Part shown: one piece after another, positions 1 to 13,272 of the stretch
Layout: every line of letters starts with the position of its first letter
Position numbering within the stretch: position 1 is the stretch's first letter
Source of the DNA: Octopus sinensis
Lineage: Eukaryota
Direction of reading: 5' to 3'
NCBI RefSeq assembly: GCF_006345805.1
Contig: NC_042998.1
Location: 190,216,001 to 190,280,000, forward strand
Length of the DNA: 64,000 bases
The notes under the pieces: generated by a model
Told to the model about the DNA's origin: nothing
Seen by the model: the letters and a program-made list of their open reading frames with translations, nothing else
Databases searched by the model: none
Made by a program: the position numbers and the translations under genes

Positions 1-57
<57 letters not shown>

Positions 58-336
58 GTATATAATCGAAACGCGGAGTAGACAAAACAGAGGCAGCTGA
101 AGAAGGGGAACATTCCTTGTGTTGCATGTCTTGTACTCAGTTTTTCGTTATTTGAAAGATAGTTCGTTTCTCTGTTTTTGTTTTTATGTTTTCGTTTCTC
201 ATTGTGTTCTACGTTTTCTTGATGTCCTGTATGTATATATGATGTATGCACGTATATATACATATAAATGTAGGTATGTACATATATGTATGTATATATG
301 CATATATTTATATATTATTTATATTATCATATATAA

Positions 337-339
<3 letters not shown>

Positions 340-367
<28 letters not shown>

Positions 368-423
368 TGTATGTATGTATGTATGTATGTATGTATGTAT
401 GTATGTATGTATGTATGTATGTA
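340..423. repeat. (TATG)n tract
   Basis: Abuts the left TIR of the maT element. Confidence 0.95.
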
Positions 424-425
424 TA

Positions 426-1624
426 CAGGGTGCGAAGGTATTTGAGGACATAGCTTTTTGGGGGGTCATTACTGCATTTTTTGCTAACTCTGTATAATCT
501 TTATTTCAGAAAATAATAATGGCAGACCCTCAGCTTACTCAAGAAATGAAGAGGCATGCTGTTATTGTGGTTATAAAGGCTGTGCATAGCGATTTAGAAA
601 TATCTCGATTTTTAAAAGTTGTCAGATCTTTTGTCCACAAAGTTTGTAAGGAGCTAGATGGAAACGTATCACCAGCATCAAAGCATAAAAAGTATTCTAA
701 ACACTCTGAAATCATCAGAACACCTGAATTTATCCAGCAAGTTCAACAGAGCATTGATTACAATCCCAGAAAGTCTATGAGGTCAATTACAAAAGATCTC
801 CATGTGTCAGAAGGAACAGTCAGAAATGTTGTCCACGAAGACATCAGATATGAATCTTATATGATGAGGAAAGGTCAATTTGTCAGAAAAAGCTAAAGCG
901 AATCACTACATCTGATCTAAAAGGCTCTTAAAGATTTGATTTGGTTGTTCTCAAACGAGAAAAACTTCGACCAAGATCAAAAAGTTAACAGAAGAAATGA
1001 CAGATGATTATGTGTAGACCCTTCTGAAGTTCCAAGAGTTATACATACAAAGTTTCCTGCAACTACCATGGTTTTAGAGGTTGTCAGCAATGAAGGACGT
1101 GTGATGCCTCCTTACTTCTTTCCACAAGGCCTTAGAGTTAACTCTGCCGCCTACATTGAGGTCCTGGGAGTAACTGTTAAGCTCTGGATAGACAGCGTAT
1201 GCAATGGAAGGCCATATGTGTTTCAGTAAGATTCTGCACTATCACACATGGCTCTAGTAACACAGGAATAGTTGGCTGAAAATTTTCATGATCACATAAC
1301 CCCTAACATTTAGCCCCCTAAAACCCCAGTTCTCAATCTATCGAATTATTACATGTAGAGCGTTATTGAAAGAGAGGTCAATGAACACTCCCATAACAGC
1401 AAAAATTCAGAGTAATGTCCAAAATGAAACAGGACCACTTGATCTGAGCATGTAGATGATTTAGATCTCATATAGATGTAGTTGTTGAAACTGAAGGTGA
1501 CATTATGGAAAAGAAGGTTTATTTTTAACCTCCTGGCATTTTTTGATAAATAAAATTATTTTTTGCTATTATATATTTGTTTTTTATAAACATAAATCTG
1601 TCCTCAAATATCTTACGCACCCTG
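426..1624 (+). mobile_element. Full-length but inactivated IS630-Tc1-mariner transposon, DD37D (maT) type
   Basis: TA|CAGGGTGCG..TATTTGAGGACA TIRs (426-450 / 1599-1624) with TA target duplication. Broken transposase: N-terminal ORF 519..896, FSNEKNFD, VFQ*DSA, *PPKTPVLNLSNYY. 37 residues lie between D2 and the D3 position; D1 and D3 are mutated to N; several stops. Confidence 0.9.
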
Positions 1625-1690
1625 TACATACATACATACATACATACATACATACATACATACATACATACATACATACATACATACATA
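1625..1690. repeat. (CATA)n tract
   Basis: Abuts the right TIR of the maT element. Confidence 0.95.
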
Positions 1691-1691
1691 C

Positions 1692-2017
1692 AAAGGAGCA
1701 CTCCGCCGCTTACGACGACGAGGGTCCCAGCTGATACGATCAACGGAAAAGCCGGCTCGTGAGATTAACGTGAAAGTGATTGAGCACTCCACAGACACGC
1801 GTACCCTTAATGTAATTCTCGGGGAGATTCAGCGTGATACAGAGTGTACCAAGGCCGGCCCTTTGAACTACAGGTACAACTCATTTTTGCCAGCTGAGTG
1901 GACTGGAGCAACGTGAAATAAAGTGTCTTGCTCAAGAACACAATGCGTCTCCGGGAATTGAACTCACGACCTTACGATCGTGATCCGAATATCTCAACCA
2001 CTAAGCCACGCGCCTTC
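1692..2017 (-). mobile_element. tRNA-derived SINE, family C (head GGCGCGTGGCTTAGTGG)
   Basis: Perfect A-box TGGCTTAGTGG and B-box GAGTTCAATTCC on the minus strand; shares core CTCCAGTCCACTCAGCTGGCAAAAATGAG. Confidence 0.8.
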
Positions 2018-2040
2018 ACATACATACATACATACATACA

Positions 2041-2440
2041 TACTCTTTTACTTGTTTCAGTCATTTGACTGCGGCCATACTGGAGCACCACCTTTAATCG
2101 AGCAAATCGACCCCCGGGACTTATTCTTTGTAAGCCCAGTACTTATTCTATCGGTCTCTTTTGCCGAACCGCTAAGTGACGGTGACGTAAACACACCAGC
2201 ATCGGTTGTCAAGCAATGCTAGAGGGACAAACACAGACACACAAACATATACACACACATACATATATATACATATATACGACAGGCTTCTTTCAGTTTC
2301 CGTCTACCAAATCCACTCACAAGGCTTTGGTCGGCCCGAGGCTATAGCAGAAGACACTTGCCCAAGATGCACGCAATGGGACTGAACCCGGAACCATGTG
2401 GTTGGTTAGCAAGCTACTTACCACACAGCCACTCCTGCGC
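2041..2440 (-). mobile_element. tRNA-derived SINE, family A (head GCGCAGGAGTGGCTGTGTGGTAAG)
   Basis: A-box-like TGGCTGTGTGG and B-box-like GGTTCAGTCCC on the minus strand; near-identical to 34783-35183. Confidence 0.8.
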
Positions 2441-2754
2441 ACATAAAATAAAATACAAAATGGGACAAGAACGCAAAACATCCGGACAACTAGGTGATGC
2501 AAAAAGGGACAACAAAACATCCTGATAGACGATACGAAAAACAAGGACGAACCATTCGAAGCCTTTTATCCTCAGTCAAGAACCGGATCATCCTCGCAAT
2601 TTCGGCTGATTAATCTTGAGATTGCTCCAATCTGGCCATCCCCAAAGAAAAACTAAGCTAAGAGCATTAGATTCCTTGGAAAAAAGCATCGAATGTATAC
2701 GAAACAAGGACGGAAAAACAGACGATGTTACACGAATACAAATACAAAAATACA

Positions 2755-2757
2755 ATA

Positions 2758-2819
<62 letters not shown>
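2755..2819. repeat. (AAT)n microsatellite
   Basis: Direct inspection. Confidence 0.95.
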
Positions 2820-2821
<2 letters not shown>

Positions 2822-3893
2822 GGACAACATAGGTCTGAAGAATAGAATTTTTATATTAAATGGCCAATGTTATATTTGTTCGGAGCGTATACTGGGCATA
2901 ACAATTTATGGCCAAGGCTGTGTATGTATGTATGTACATCGTCAAACAATTTGCTGTGGTATTCGTATCGAAATAACACCTCCAACGGACGAGCTTCCAA
3001 ACAGTTTCCGTCTTCGAAAATTCCAGCCACAAGTTATTGGTTAATCCAAGGATGTAATTAAAAACATTTGCCGAAGATTAGAGCTAATCCGGAAACACGC
3101 GATAATTAAGCAAACTGCCCTTCCATAATGTCAATAGCAGTAACTCAGAGTTTCGAGAAAGCTTGTCAATGAATTTGGTTGCTATTTCTAGTAGCGACTC
3201 TGACCACATAGACTTACTGTCTTCTTGATAAACAAGAATTGTCTTTTAAGCATAACATGAAGCGTATTTACTAGTATAAGGGAGATAATTTCCACTTCGG
3301 TGTTAACGTAGTTGCTTCCCTTGGACTATTCGCTTTCTGAATTTACCTGCACGTTTGCCTTCTAAATATTGTAGTCTCGGAGACACGTTGCCTTTAAATT
3401 TTACTACACCATTTCTTATAGTATCATCCTCGTTTATATATGACTACTACTGTCAAACTAACTTTGTTCTCCGCACAGGTGTTGTCCGTTCACATCACTT
3501 ACTAATATAAGTGCATCCACGAGCCAACGAGAGTCTCTCGTCGTTACTCGATCTCCCACAAATAGCAGTCAAATCTCCCTCAAATTGCATCAGTAGTCTT
3601 AAAGAAGACATGTATTATATAGAATGGTCACAGCTGGAATGCCTTCGATCGTATATGTGCTTAAGAAAGGGCTGACTTGAAGCTAAAAAATAACAACTAG
3701 TGAAGCATTTTGCCCGGCGTGCTAACGATTCTGCCAGCTCGCCGTTGTAGTAAAGTTTTTATACAGCCATATACAAGGTCGCTTATGAACTAACTTTCAT
3801 TCCAGTTAACATTTCACATCTAATAGACTGGCCCACAACTCGTGTCTATCAGATCTTCCAAATTCAATGTCTATATCTCATTATCTTCGATGA

Positions 3894-4453
3894 AAGGCGG
3901 CGAGCTGGCAGAAACGTTAGAACGCCGGGCGAAATGCGTAGCCGTATTTCGTCTGCCGTTACGTTCCGAGTTCAAATTCCGCCGAGGTCGACTTTGCCTT
4001 TCATCCTTTCGGGGTCGATAAGTACCAGTTACGTACTGGGGTCGATGTAATCGACTTAATCCGTTTGTCTGTCCTTGTTTGTCCTCTCAGTGTTTAGCCC
4101 CTTGTGGGTAGTAAAGAAATAGGTATTTCGTCTGCCGTTACGTACTGAGTTCAAATTCCGCCGAGGTCGACTTTGCCTTTCATCCTTTCGGGGTCGATAA
4201 ATTAAGTACCAGTTACGTACTGGGGTCGTTGTAATCGACTTAATCCGTTTGTCTGTCCTTGTTTGTCCCCTCTATGTTTAGCCGCCGTTACGTTCTGAGT
4301 TCAAATTCCGCCGAGGTCGACTATGCCTTTCATCCTTTCGGGGTCGATTAAATAAGTACCAGTTACGCACTGGGGTCGTTGTAATCGACTTAATCCGTTT
4401 GTCTGTCCTTGTTTGTCCCCTCTATGTTTAGCCCCTTGTGGGTAGTAATGAAA
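3894..4453 (+). mobile_element. tRNA-derived SINE, family B, body repeated three times
   Basis: Head AAGGCGGCGAGCTGGCAGAAACG and B-box GAGTTCAAATTCC. The body restarts at ~3955, ~4135 and ~4285. Confidence 0.8.
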
Positions 4454-5245
4454 CATATACATCATTATGTTTGATGGAGCACCACAATTCTTAGACAGAC
4501 TTTCTACAATCGATAATTTTGCTTTAAGAAATGTTTACAACGCCTTTTTCTTTTAAATTCATCTATTAAGCATTCCTTCCAGTCACAACACGTTCACCAT
4601 TGAACGTGTATGGGATTGCATGCTCAGGGTTGAGTTGACACTTTTGGCAGATATACTTTATCGTGCTTCCTTGAACAAGTTGTCCAACCCTCGTAACAGC
4701 CAGCTCGAAGCTGTGACTCCAACAAACTTCGGTCACACAACAGGCGATTATAGAAGACGGCCAGCATTGTGCAATTCATTCGCATTTATTTTTTGCCTAA
4801 TTCATGCACAGATTAAGTCATCACACGATGTGATGGTCGTCCACAATGCTGAACAAACAAGCTATAATACCAATATTTTCAAATCTGGAAAATCCTTAAA
4901 CTAACAATCTATTTCAATGCCAGTAATATTACATATTTGGAACGTGGTGTATTTATGTATATTCAATAGAAATAGCCTTTCCTATATATTTACAATATCG
5001 ATTTCTGACATAAGTACGAATCCTCAACTTTAGAGCGGGGATATTCGCCGTACTTGATTGAGTTTGTGTAGTTTATACTGCAACTGGTGAACAATAGCCT
5101 CGTGTGTTAATGGTCCTCAACAGCCAGTCACTGGTTTGGTTCATTGCATTTCAAACGATGAGAAATAAGGAAGCGTCTTTAACTCGGTGGACTTGTTTTT
5201 CGTTAGATTACTTTCTTCACTAATATTTTTCGAGAAATATAGATA

Positions 5246-5642
5246 ACTAGCAGTATCGCCCGGCGTTGCTCGGATCTGTTTACCCCCTTGGGAATTGGAA
5301 TTTTTGAAAAGTAAAAATTTTGCATTATGTCGCTTGTTATTCTCTTTAAGTGAACATTTTTCTGGTTGAAATACACTGAAAAATGGCGACACAGCAGTCA
5401 AAAAATCGTTTAAAAAATAGGGATTTTCATAGAAAAAAAAGCACCTTTTTGATGTAAATAATTTTTGGTGTTAACATGGTCCGATTTGAATTTTTTCTTC
5501 TACGGAATGAAGAGCAAGCCTTCTTCTATCATACTCTCAATTTTGGTCAACTTGCGCCGCAGTGTCTCGGAGGAGATAGTGTTAGTTGAAGGCTACCAAA
5601 CCTGCCACACACAGAAAACTTCAGGTTTATATTTAGAGAGAT
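5246..5642 (+). mobile_element. Related Helitron/Helentron-like element, different interior
   Basis: ACTAGCAGTATCGCCCGGCGTTGCTCGG start; acacacaga..tttatatttagagagat end. Confidence 0.55.
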
Positions 5643-5957
5643 TACCTAATAAGACTGAAACGTTCCTTTGGGAGAAATACTTTACCGTGCTTCCATGAAC
5701 AAGTTGTCTAGCCTCAAGTCTCCACTTGGCATCCAGCTCGAAACTGTGCCCTTATGCTGCGGTCACACTACAGGAAATTATAGAGGGTGGCCAATTCATT
5801 CGCATTTATTTAAACGGCCAGCGATGCATTAAAATTATATTTTCTGTAACATTCTTAATTTTCTAAATTGAATTATCTCCCCTTATCTTCCAGAGCTGCT
5901 CACAAATCGTCATTTGGCTTTTGGTTTCTGTTTCCAATCAGAATGCAAATTCCGTTC

Positions 5958-6357
5958 TTTATCTTTTACTCATTTCAGTCTTTGGACTGCAGCCATGCTA
6001 GGGTTCCGACCTGAAGTGTTTTTTTTTTTCAGTGGAACAAATCTACCCAAGTGATTATTTTTAAGTCTGACAACCTTTTTTCTATTGGAATCTTTTTACC
6101 GAACCGCTAATTTACGGAGACATAAACACTGGTTGTCAAGCGGTGGTGAGAGACAAACATAAGCTCAAAGACACGCACACACACATTATATATACTACAA
6201 GCTTCCTTCAGTTTCCATATACGAAATCCACTCACTAGGATTTGGTCGGCTCGGGGATATTAGTAAAAAGACATTTACCCGAAGTGCCACGCAGTGGGGC
6301 TGAACCCAGAATCATGTGGTAAGAAAGCAGACTTCTTATCACGCAGCCACGCCGGCA
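5958..6357 (-). mobile_element. SINE family A, diverged
   Basis: Colinear with 2041-2440. Confidence 0.65.
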
Positions 6358-7044
6358 CTGAATTTTTTTTTTTTTTTTTGCATACAACGTTCACGCATCA
6401 CCACCCACCTAAAATAACTCAATTCATGCCACTGAGTCATTTAAGATATTTTAGATATTTTCTTTAAGGTTTATTTTCATTATTTTGCAGATCATATTTG
6501 CTAACATTCTGAGTTTCTGCTTGTAAGAATCTCCGCCCACTGAGCTAAGCAGGCTGGAGAGTATACTTCACTAACAAGTTCTAATAAGACTGGAATATGA
6601 CAGCAGTTGTCATCTCATCTGCTAAGAAAAAAAAATTCCCAAGCTTACTTCTAAACTTGAAAACTCAGTATTCTATGCTTCTATGCAATTCTAAAATTCT
6701 TGAAATGATTACCCCTCTTCTTTGAGAGTCAACAATATGCATCATTAGGTCTTTGTTTTCTTTCTCCAACTAAAAGTAACTTTCAATATATCTGAAATGC
6801 TTGTGTGTACCGTTCAGAATGTCACCATTTATCTGAATTGCTGTACTGCTGTGGCATGTTTATGAGTATGATAAACAGTGTATTGTTACCTTACAACTAA
6901 ACATTCTATTGTTGTGGTACAGATATTAAGCAGCCACAGATTGTATATATATATTGTACAGTTGTGTTACAGAATACATTGTTCTGTTGTGGTAAAGTTA
7001 TTTATTTCTTTATTGCCAACAGGGAGGTGGGGGCTAAAGATAGA

Positions 7045-7200
7045 GTGGATAAACAATGGACTAAGTCGATTACATCGACCCCAGTGCATAACTGGTACTT
7101 ATTTAAACGACCTTGGTGGAATTTGAACTCAGAACGTAATGGCAGACGAAATACCGCTAAGCATTTTGCCCGGCATACTAATGATTCTACCAGCTTGCCA
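7045..7200 (-). mobile_element. SINE family B
   Basis: Reverse-complement match to 3894-4050. Confidence 0.65.
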
Positions 7201-7960
7201 TTGTGGTAAAGTTATTATACCGCCATACATTGTATTGTGATATTATTAATTAATTAACTAGCCCTCTCCCTCAAAATTTCAAAAATTCAGACCCTGAGCC
7301 CTATAATATTTATTGACAGAAAGCCACAGCATACATAGATCAGAATTAGACCCCTAGAACTGTGGGGCTCCCAGGCAACTTATAAAGCTAAATATTGTTC
7401 CGCTGTGGTACAGTTATTTTAAAGCTATACTTGTGCTGTTGTGGCACAGTTATACAGCTATACATAGTATAAAGCTACATATTACATCGTTATTTTATAA
7501 ATATTTCTGATAATCTGGGCATAGACGTAGAATTTTCAGGCCTACTAGATATGCGGAAGGAGATCAAGAGCTTGATTCAAATACTCAGATTGAACAATTA
7601 CAGGTTGGTAGTTGGACAGAAAATATGATTTGTAGATCAAAGGGCCGAAGGAAAAAGGAAAGGCCAAAGCAGGAACAGGACAACTATTATTACATTTCAC
7701 TTAAGTCTGTTGGCTAAGATATCTTCTTCAATGTTTTGATTTATAAAGTGCAACATTCTGTTATAGAGAGGTCGGTTTAGTATGTGAAACATGTCTTGGG
7801 ACAACTGTTCATACAAAGCTAGATGAAGAAGTCTCTTGTTGTGGATAACAGGGAATCTGTATATTCTAGACTTGAAGGAATAGCTGGGTTATTATTATAG
7901 CAAAAGTCTAGTTTTGGAGCTAATTAAATCTGAAGAATCATTATTTTAAATGTCAATTAT

Positions 7961-8125
7961 AGGTGCAGGTAAGATTGTGTGGTAAGAAGTTTGCTTCCCC
8001 AACCACATGGTTCCAAGTTCATTCCCAATGCAGAGCACCTTGGGCAAGTATCTTCTACTGTAGCACCTGCCAACCAAAGCCTTGTGAGAGGACTTGGAAG
8101 ACGGAAACTGAAAAGAAGCCCATGT
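7961..8125 (+). mobile_element. SINE family A 5' part, interrupted by a CR1 fragment
   Basis: Head through gaagccc, then CR1. Confidence 0.65.
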
Positions 8126-8462
8126 CTAACACCCGTGGACATGTTTACAAAGTCATAAAACAGCACAGCTCCCATGACTTTTGGAAACATTTTTTCACGC
8201 TAAGAGTTGCTGAAGCATGGAACAAACTGCCGGCATCAGTTGTCAGTTGTCGGAGCACTGCATCGTTCAAAACTTCCATGCTTCCTGAGATTCGCCAACA
8301 CTACACCTGATTTTCTCCCCCTCCATACACACGCAAGTATGTATCTGACTCATACACTGTTTACTTTCCAGACATTTGTACATTACTGCATATACTTTAT
8401 ACGCACTTTTGACAAGTTGTGGTGCACCTGAGCACTGTATACAATAATTTCATTATTATTAT
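8126..8462 (+). mobile_element. CR1-like LINE 3' end inserted into a SINE
   Basis: TRGHVYKVIKQHSSHDFWKHFFTLRVAEAWNKLPASVV, then a 3'UTR and (TAT)n tail. Confidence 0.8.
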
Positions 8463-8896
8463 TATATATATACATATATATATATATATATGTGTGTGTG
8501 CTTGTGTCTCTTTGTCTTGACATCATACAATAGTTATAAAATGATTGTCACTCTCATACAAGTGTCTTCATTTCCAGTACCAAAGTCTAGCATTGGGGGG
8601 GAAATATTAATTTGCTTGGAAACAAGTGAGGATTGGTAACAAGGGCACCCAACCATAGGAAACCTGCATCAATAAACCTTGTCCAACCCATGGAAGCAAG
8701 GAAACCTAGATATTAAAATGATAATGAATTCTCCTCACTTATGATGATGGCTTGGGCTGAACTGTTATATGAGATTATTGCTAATCATCTTAATCTTTCA
8801 CCATCTCTTTGAGACAAAGCTTCCCGAGATTTAGCCTCACCATTCCTGCAATCAACTCTCAGTACTTCTTACATTATGTGTCACTGCTACCTTTAA

Positions 8897-9106
8897 CCCT
8901 TCAGCATTCAGACTAATCTGTCTAATGTAATACTTTTATATACACATTACTACAAGATAATGAATGATTAATTCAAAGCAATGAAATTTTGATGATGTGA
9001 TTGCTTATTTTTAGAATGACATTGTTGATTAGGTGTAAGAGGCCAGATTGAAGATAAAATTAGTAGAATATTTGGACCAAATATAGACAGTCTAAATGCT
9101 AAAGGG
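8897..9106. mobile_element. piggyBac-like MITE, diverged copy
   Basis: TTAA|CCCTTCAGCATTCAGA ... AATGCTAAAGGG|TTAA. Confidence 0.7.
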
Positions 9107-9134
9107 TTAATACCTTGTTCTCCCAGTTGACTTG

Positions 9135-9375
9135 TGCAAAAAAGCACCAACCGATCGTGGCCATTGCCAGCCTCGTCTTGCACCTGTGCCGGTGGCACGT
9201 AAAAAGCACCCACTACACTCACGTAGTGGTTGGCGTTAGGAAGGGCATCCAGCTGTAGAAACACTGCCAGATCAGACTGGGCCTGGTGCAGCCTCCTGGC
9301 TTCCCAGACCCCAGTTGAACCGTCCAACCCATGCTAGCATGGAAAGCAGACGTTAAACGATGATGATAATGATGA
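9135..9375 (+). mobile_element. SINE-like family D ((GAT)n tail, internal 63-68 bp repeats)
   Basis: GGCGTTAGGAAGGGCATCCAGCTGTAGAAAC core; CCAACCCATGCTAGCATGG..GTTAAACGATGATGAT tail. Confidence 0.75.
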
Positions 9376-9494
9376 TAACAAATATATTGAACATATTTAC
9401 CTCTTCTTCTCCAGGCCTTCTACATTCAGTGTTTAGATTTAACAAAACAGCATCACAACATATATATATAGATATATAGTATGTACTGTCTCAA

Positions 9495-9737
9495 GTCCAA
9501 GGACTCAGGGTTGCTTACCTGGTTACCATGGTGTGTAAGTGACCAAAATCACAACTTTCCCCTCTGAAAAGGACACCAGTCCATGGCAGGGTTACTCATT
9601 TATAGCCGAGTAGACTGGAGCAATGTGAAAGGAAATGTTTTGCTCAAGGACACAACACACTACCCAATCCAGGAACTGAAACTATGGTTTTCCGGTTGGG
9701 AGTGCAATGCCCTAACCACAAGGCCATATGCCTTCAC
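9495..9737 (-). mobile_element. SINE family C-like, diverged
   Basis: Shared gactggagcaa-tgtgaaa..ttgctcaaggacacaac core. Confidence 0.55.
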
Positions 9738-10506
9738 ACACACACACACTTCATGCGATCTGCTTGTTACCAACAAGGACAGTACTCTCAAATTCAACTG
9801 CCCCTTATTTTCCCATATCTATTGTTTTCATGTTCTCTGAAATATTAGTGCCCTCTTTTCTCACTAATTACACTACATCCAACCACAGATTACTAAGATA
9901 ATAGAAACTACCGACTACAGCTAGTGATTCTGATCAACAGTTCTCAGACATCATTTCAAAAAGGTACCCCTACAGCTGAACTATACACCTCAAGCCCTGC
10001 TCTTCTACCAGCCTATTAAAACCTTACAGCATAACACAGTGTAACAATTTTTTTTTTTTGTCTTTGGTCAATAAATCTTATTTCCTAATTACATCTTTCT
10101 AGAAATCAAAAGAAACGACTACTATTCCCTTCAAACTTTGCTTTTGTGACCTGGGCATCAATGTTTTGAAACTGATCTATTTTTTTTCATTATATTTCAG
10201 GCAGATTCAGCACTGAGTGAGCAGAAATATCATTATAGCAAATATTCTGCTCGGTACGACAGATTTACTTGTCAGTTGCTTGACCTCAACCACTTGAGCA
10301 TGGCCCTTAGTGGTTGACAATATGTGCATCTCTGATCATGAGCAGGAATAGTGGGGGGAGCATCATAGCCATGTGTAGAGAAGGATTCTTTGAGGTTTGA
10401 ATAAATGTAAAAAAAAAAAAAAAAAGCAAAGTTTGAAGAAGATAGCCATTTTTCATATTTCCTAGAGGTGAGCAAATAAGAATAACAGTTGCTACCCAAG
10501 GACAAA

Positions 10507-10588
10507 AATCATGTTACATGGTATACTTTTTATATACTCACTGCTTAAATCATGTTACACAGTATACTTTTTATATACTCACTGCTTA
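10507..10588. repeat. 41-bp tandem duplication
   Basis: AATCATGTTACA(TG/CA)GTATACTTTTTATATACTCACTGCTTA x2. Confidence 0.9.
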
Positions 10589-10869
10589 CAGCAGGTATAC
10601 GGTATAACTAATCTACACACCAAGCAGCAACTCTTGTACAGCAGATTGTGCAAAGATTTCATGCTCTTTCCTTTACTAACTACTACAACACATAAAGTTC
10701 AATAAAATATAAACAATACCAGTAGTAAAGACAGTGACGGTTTAGATACTAAGTTTCTATTATTTATTTCCACAAAACATAATGTTAATGACTGTTCAAC
10801 AGGTTTTGTATGATAAAAAAAAAAAAAAACTTTTTAATGAAAAAAAATTTCCTTCATTTACAAAAGAAT

Positions 10870-11166
10870 GAGTGTATGTGTATATATATATAATAATACA
10901 CTATATGCTTATATATATAATTTAGAATATATATGTATGTAGATATATATATATTAGAGTATAATGTATATTATATATCATATACATATATACACACACA
11001 CATACATGTGTATATATATACATGTGTGTATATATATATATTATATATCATATACATATATACACACATATACATGTGTATATATATATACATGTGTGTG
11101 TGTATATATATATATATTTGTATATAATGTGTATTATATACAGACAAATGTACATATATATATATG

Positions 11167-11198
<32 letters not shown>

Positions 11199-11450
11199 TG
11201 CATATATATATATATATTATATATATATATATATATATGCATATATATATACATATATATGCATATATATATATACATATATATATGCATATATATATAT
11301 ATACACATACATATATATATATATATATACACATATATATATATATATATACACATACATATATATATACACACACATACAGAAGTGTGTAGGTGTATAC
11401 ACACACATACATTATATATTTGTGCACATAATTTACATGAAACTTAGAAC
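10870..11450. repeat. Compound (TA)/(CA)/(TG) microsatellite block
   Basis: Direct inspection. Confidence 0.95.
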
Positions 11451-12196
11451 TGCCACATTAAATTCTAAGACAAGGATCTCAACAAAACAATTTTGCAAAT
11501 ATGAAAATTAAGATACATGTGTCGAATCTCCTACAGAAGACTGTCTTTTGTGGGGGGTGTTTTTTCTTTTTTCTTTTTTTTTTCTAAACTATTTTTGTTG
11601 GCTGGATACATATTCCATTCCACAAAGAATTTTACTCACAAACTTTCTTAAAAATCACTATCTTTTTTGTTGTTTTTTTAAAAAAAAAAAAAAGATTTAC
11701 TTTTAGCATTTAATAAAAGTGTAATCTAATAAAACCTATAAATTCAATAATAATGACAAATAATTTATTTAATCAATTCCAGTTTAAACAATGATTTAGT
11801 TATGTATAAATCACACAAGTTTACATGATCTCAGCTATCATTAAGTACTTTGGATATATTCTCTATCTCTTATATATAAAACCACAAAATATACTTGAAA
11901 GTAACTGGTATGTGTAACAGTGTTGTAAGGAAAAAAAAATCACAAACCAAAATGAAATGTTACTTTCAATCAAATTTTAATTAAACTGAATAAAAAATTT
12001 TAACTATTTACTGAAAAATAACATGAAGAGAAATAGTTACTAAAAATGTTTGATACCATGGTCAAAGCCATCATGAATAAAACAAACTAATATGTATATA
12101 AATAATGTGTGTTATTTTTGTATTTTTGTGGTAACAAACTAATAAAACACTACACAACAGTAGGGTAGAGTATGTAAATTAGTGTGAAAAATCTCA

Positions 12197-12346
12197 TCAC
12201 TGACACCTTCGGTTTCCTGTCGATAGAGTTGGCCTACTGATATTCTTTCAGCTTCTTCTGCCTTATGGCTTACAGCCAGGCCTTCAACCAAGTAAAAGTA
12301 TATCAGTAGACCAATTTTAATTGTGGGAAACCTAAGGTATCAGTGA
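12197..12346. other. Imperfect 52-bp stem with 46-nt loop
   Basis: 12197-12248 versus 12295-12346: ungapped, 40/52 Watson-Crick pairs. Confidence 0.8.
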
Positions 12347-13229
12347 CAAGAATTAATATACATACAGATATACATATATATATTATATTATATATATACA
12401 TATATTTCTAACTTAAAAGTTCATGACACTTTGTTGTAATAAAGGTTTGATATATGCATCCAGTGAACAAACCGAAACTACTACAGCAAAACTAAAAGCC
12501 AGTATTTGATACAGATACTAATAATTTACGCAGGTGAGGATGTCTAAGAGATGAGAGAAGAATATCTAACAAAATTTCTTTTTAGGATGGTACTATAGAA
12601 GCTAAGCTAAGAACATAAGAGAAACAAATTCCTAAATTATAATTTTGCAATGAAAACAAAGAAAAATAAACAGAAATATAGCACAAAGAAAGTTTTATGA
12701 GGAAGAAAAGGTGGGAGTATTCGAAACATATTTGATAAGATAACACTTTGCTAAGGGAAAGACAACAGATGGTAAAAACACACAAACTAGAAGTGTGTAG
12801 ATAAGACAAAATCTGAAGCTAAAATAAATAGTAACAAATCCATTTTTGCAGTAACAAAGAGAGAGAAAAACAACATTACTTTAAAAAGTAATTAGAAAAT
12901 GTTTCATATTAAAACAGAAAAAAAAAAATAATAATAATAACAAGGCACACAATAAGCTTCTCACTTTTTTTTGGTTTTAAAAAGTTATCTTCTTGTAGAT
13001 GTTTATGTTGCGTGTAAACAAATTTTTTTTTTTTTAAATCAGCCATTATGGATCACACATTAATTAATTGATTCACCTGCCCCCACATACATATACGCAC
13101 ACCAAAAGGAAAAATATAGGTGTTCAAAGGAAACAATGACTTTAGTTTTAAACAAAATTGTAACATGAGATTATTCTCCTTATGGAATGGGTAAAGAAAT
13201 CTGCAATGATGCAATTAAATACACAATAA

Positions 13230-13231
13230 TT

Positions 13232-13272
<41 letters not shown>

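Noticed and set aside
64-120. CGAAACGCG and CTGAAGA motifs resembling hammerhead boxes
   Set aside because: Could not build stems I-III; probably a repeat fragment.
9395-9430. Purine-rich stretch ending GAG|gtaaat on the minus strand; possible exon of a neighbouring gene
   Set aside because: No convincing acceptor, partner exons or recognisable peptide; no second gene could be supported in 1-10000.
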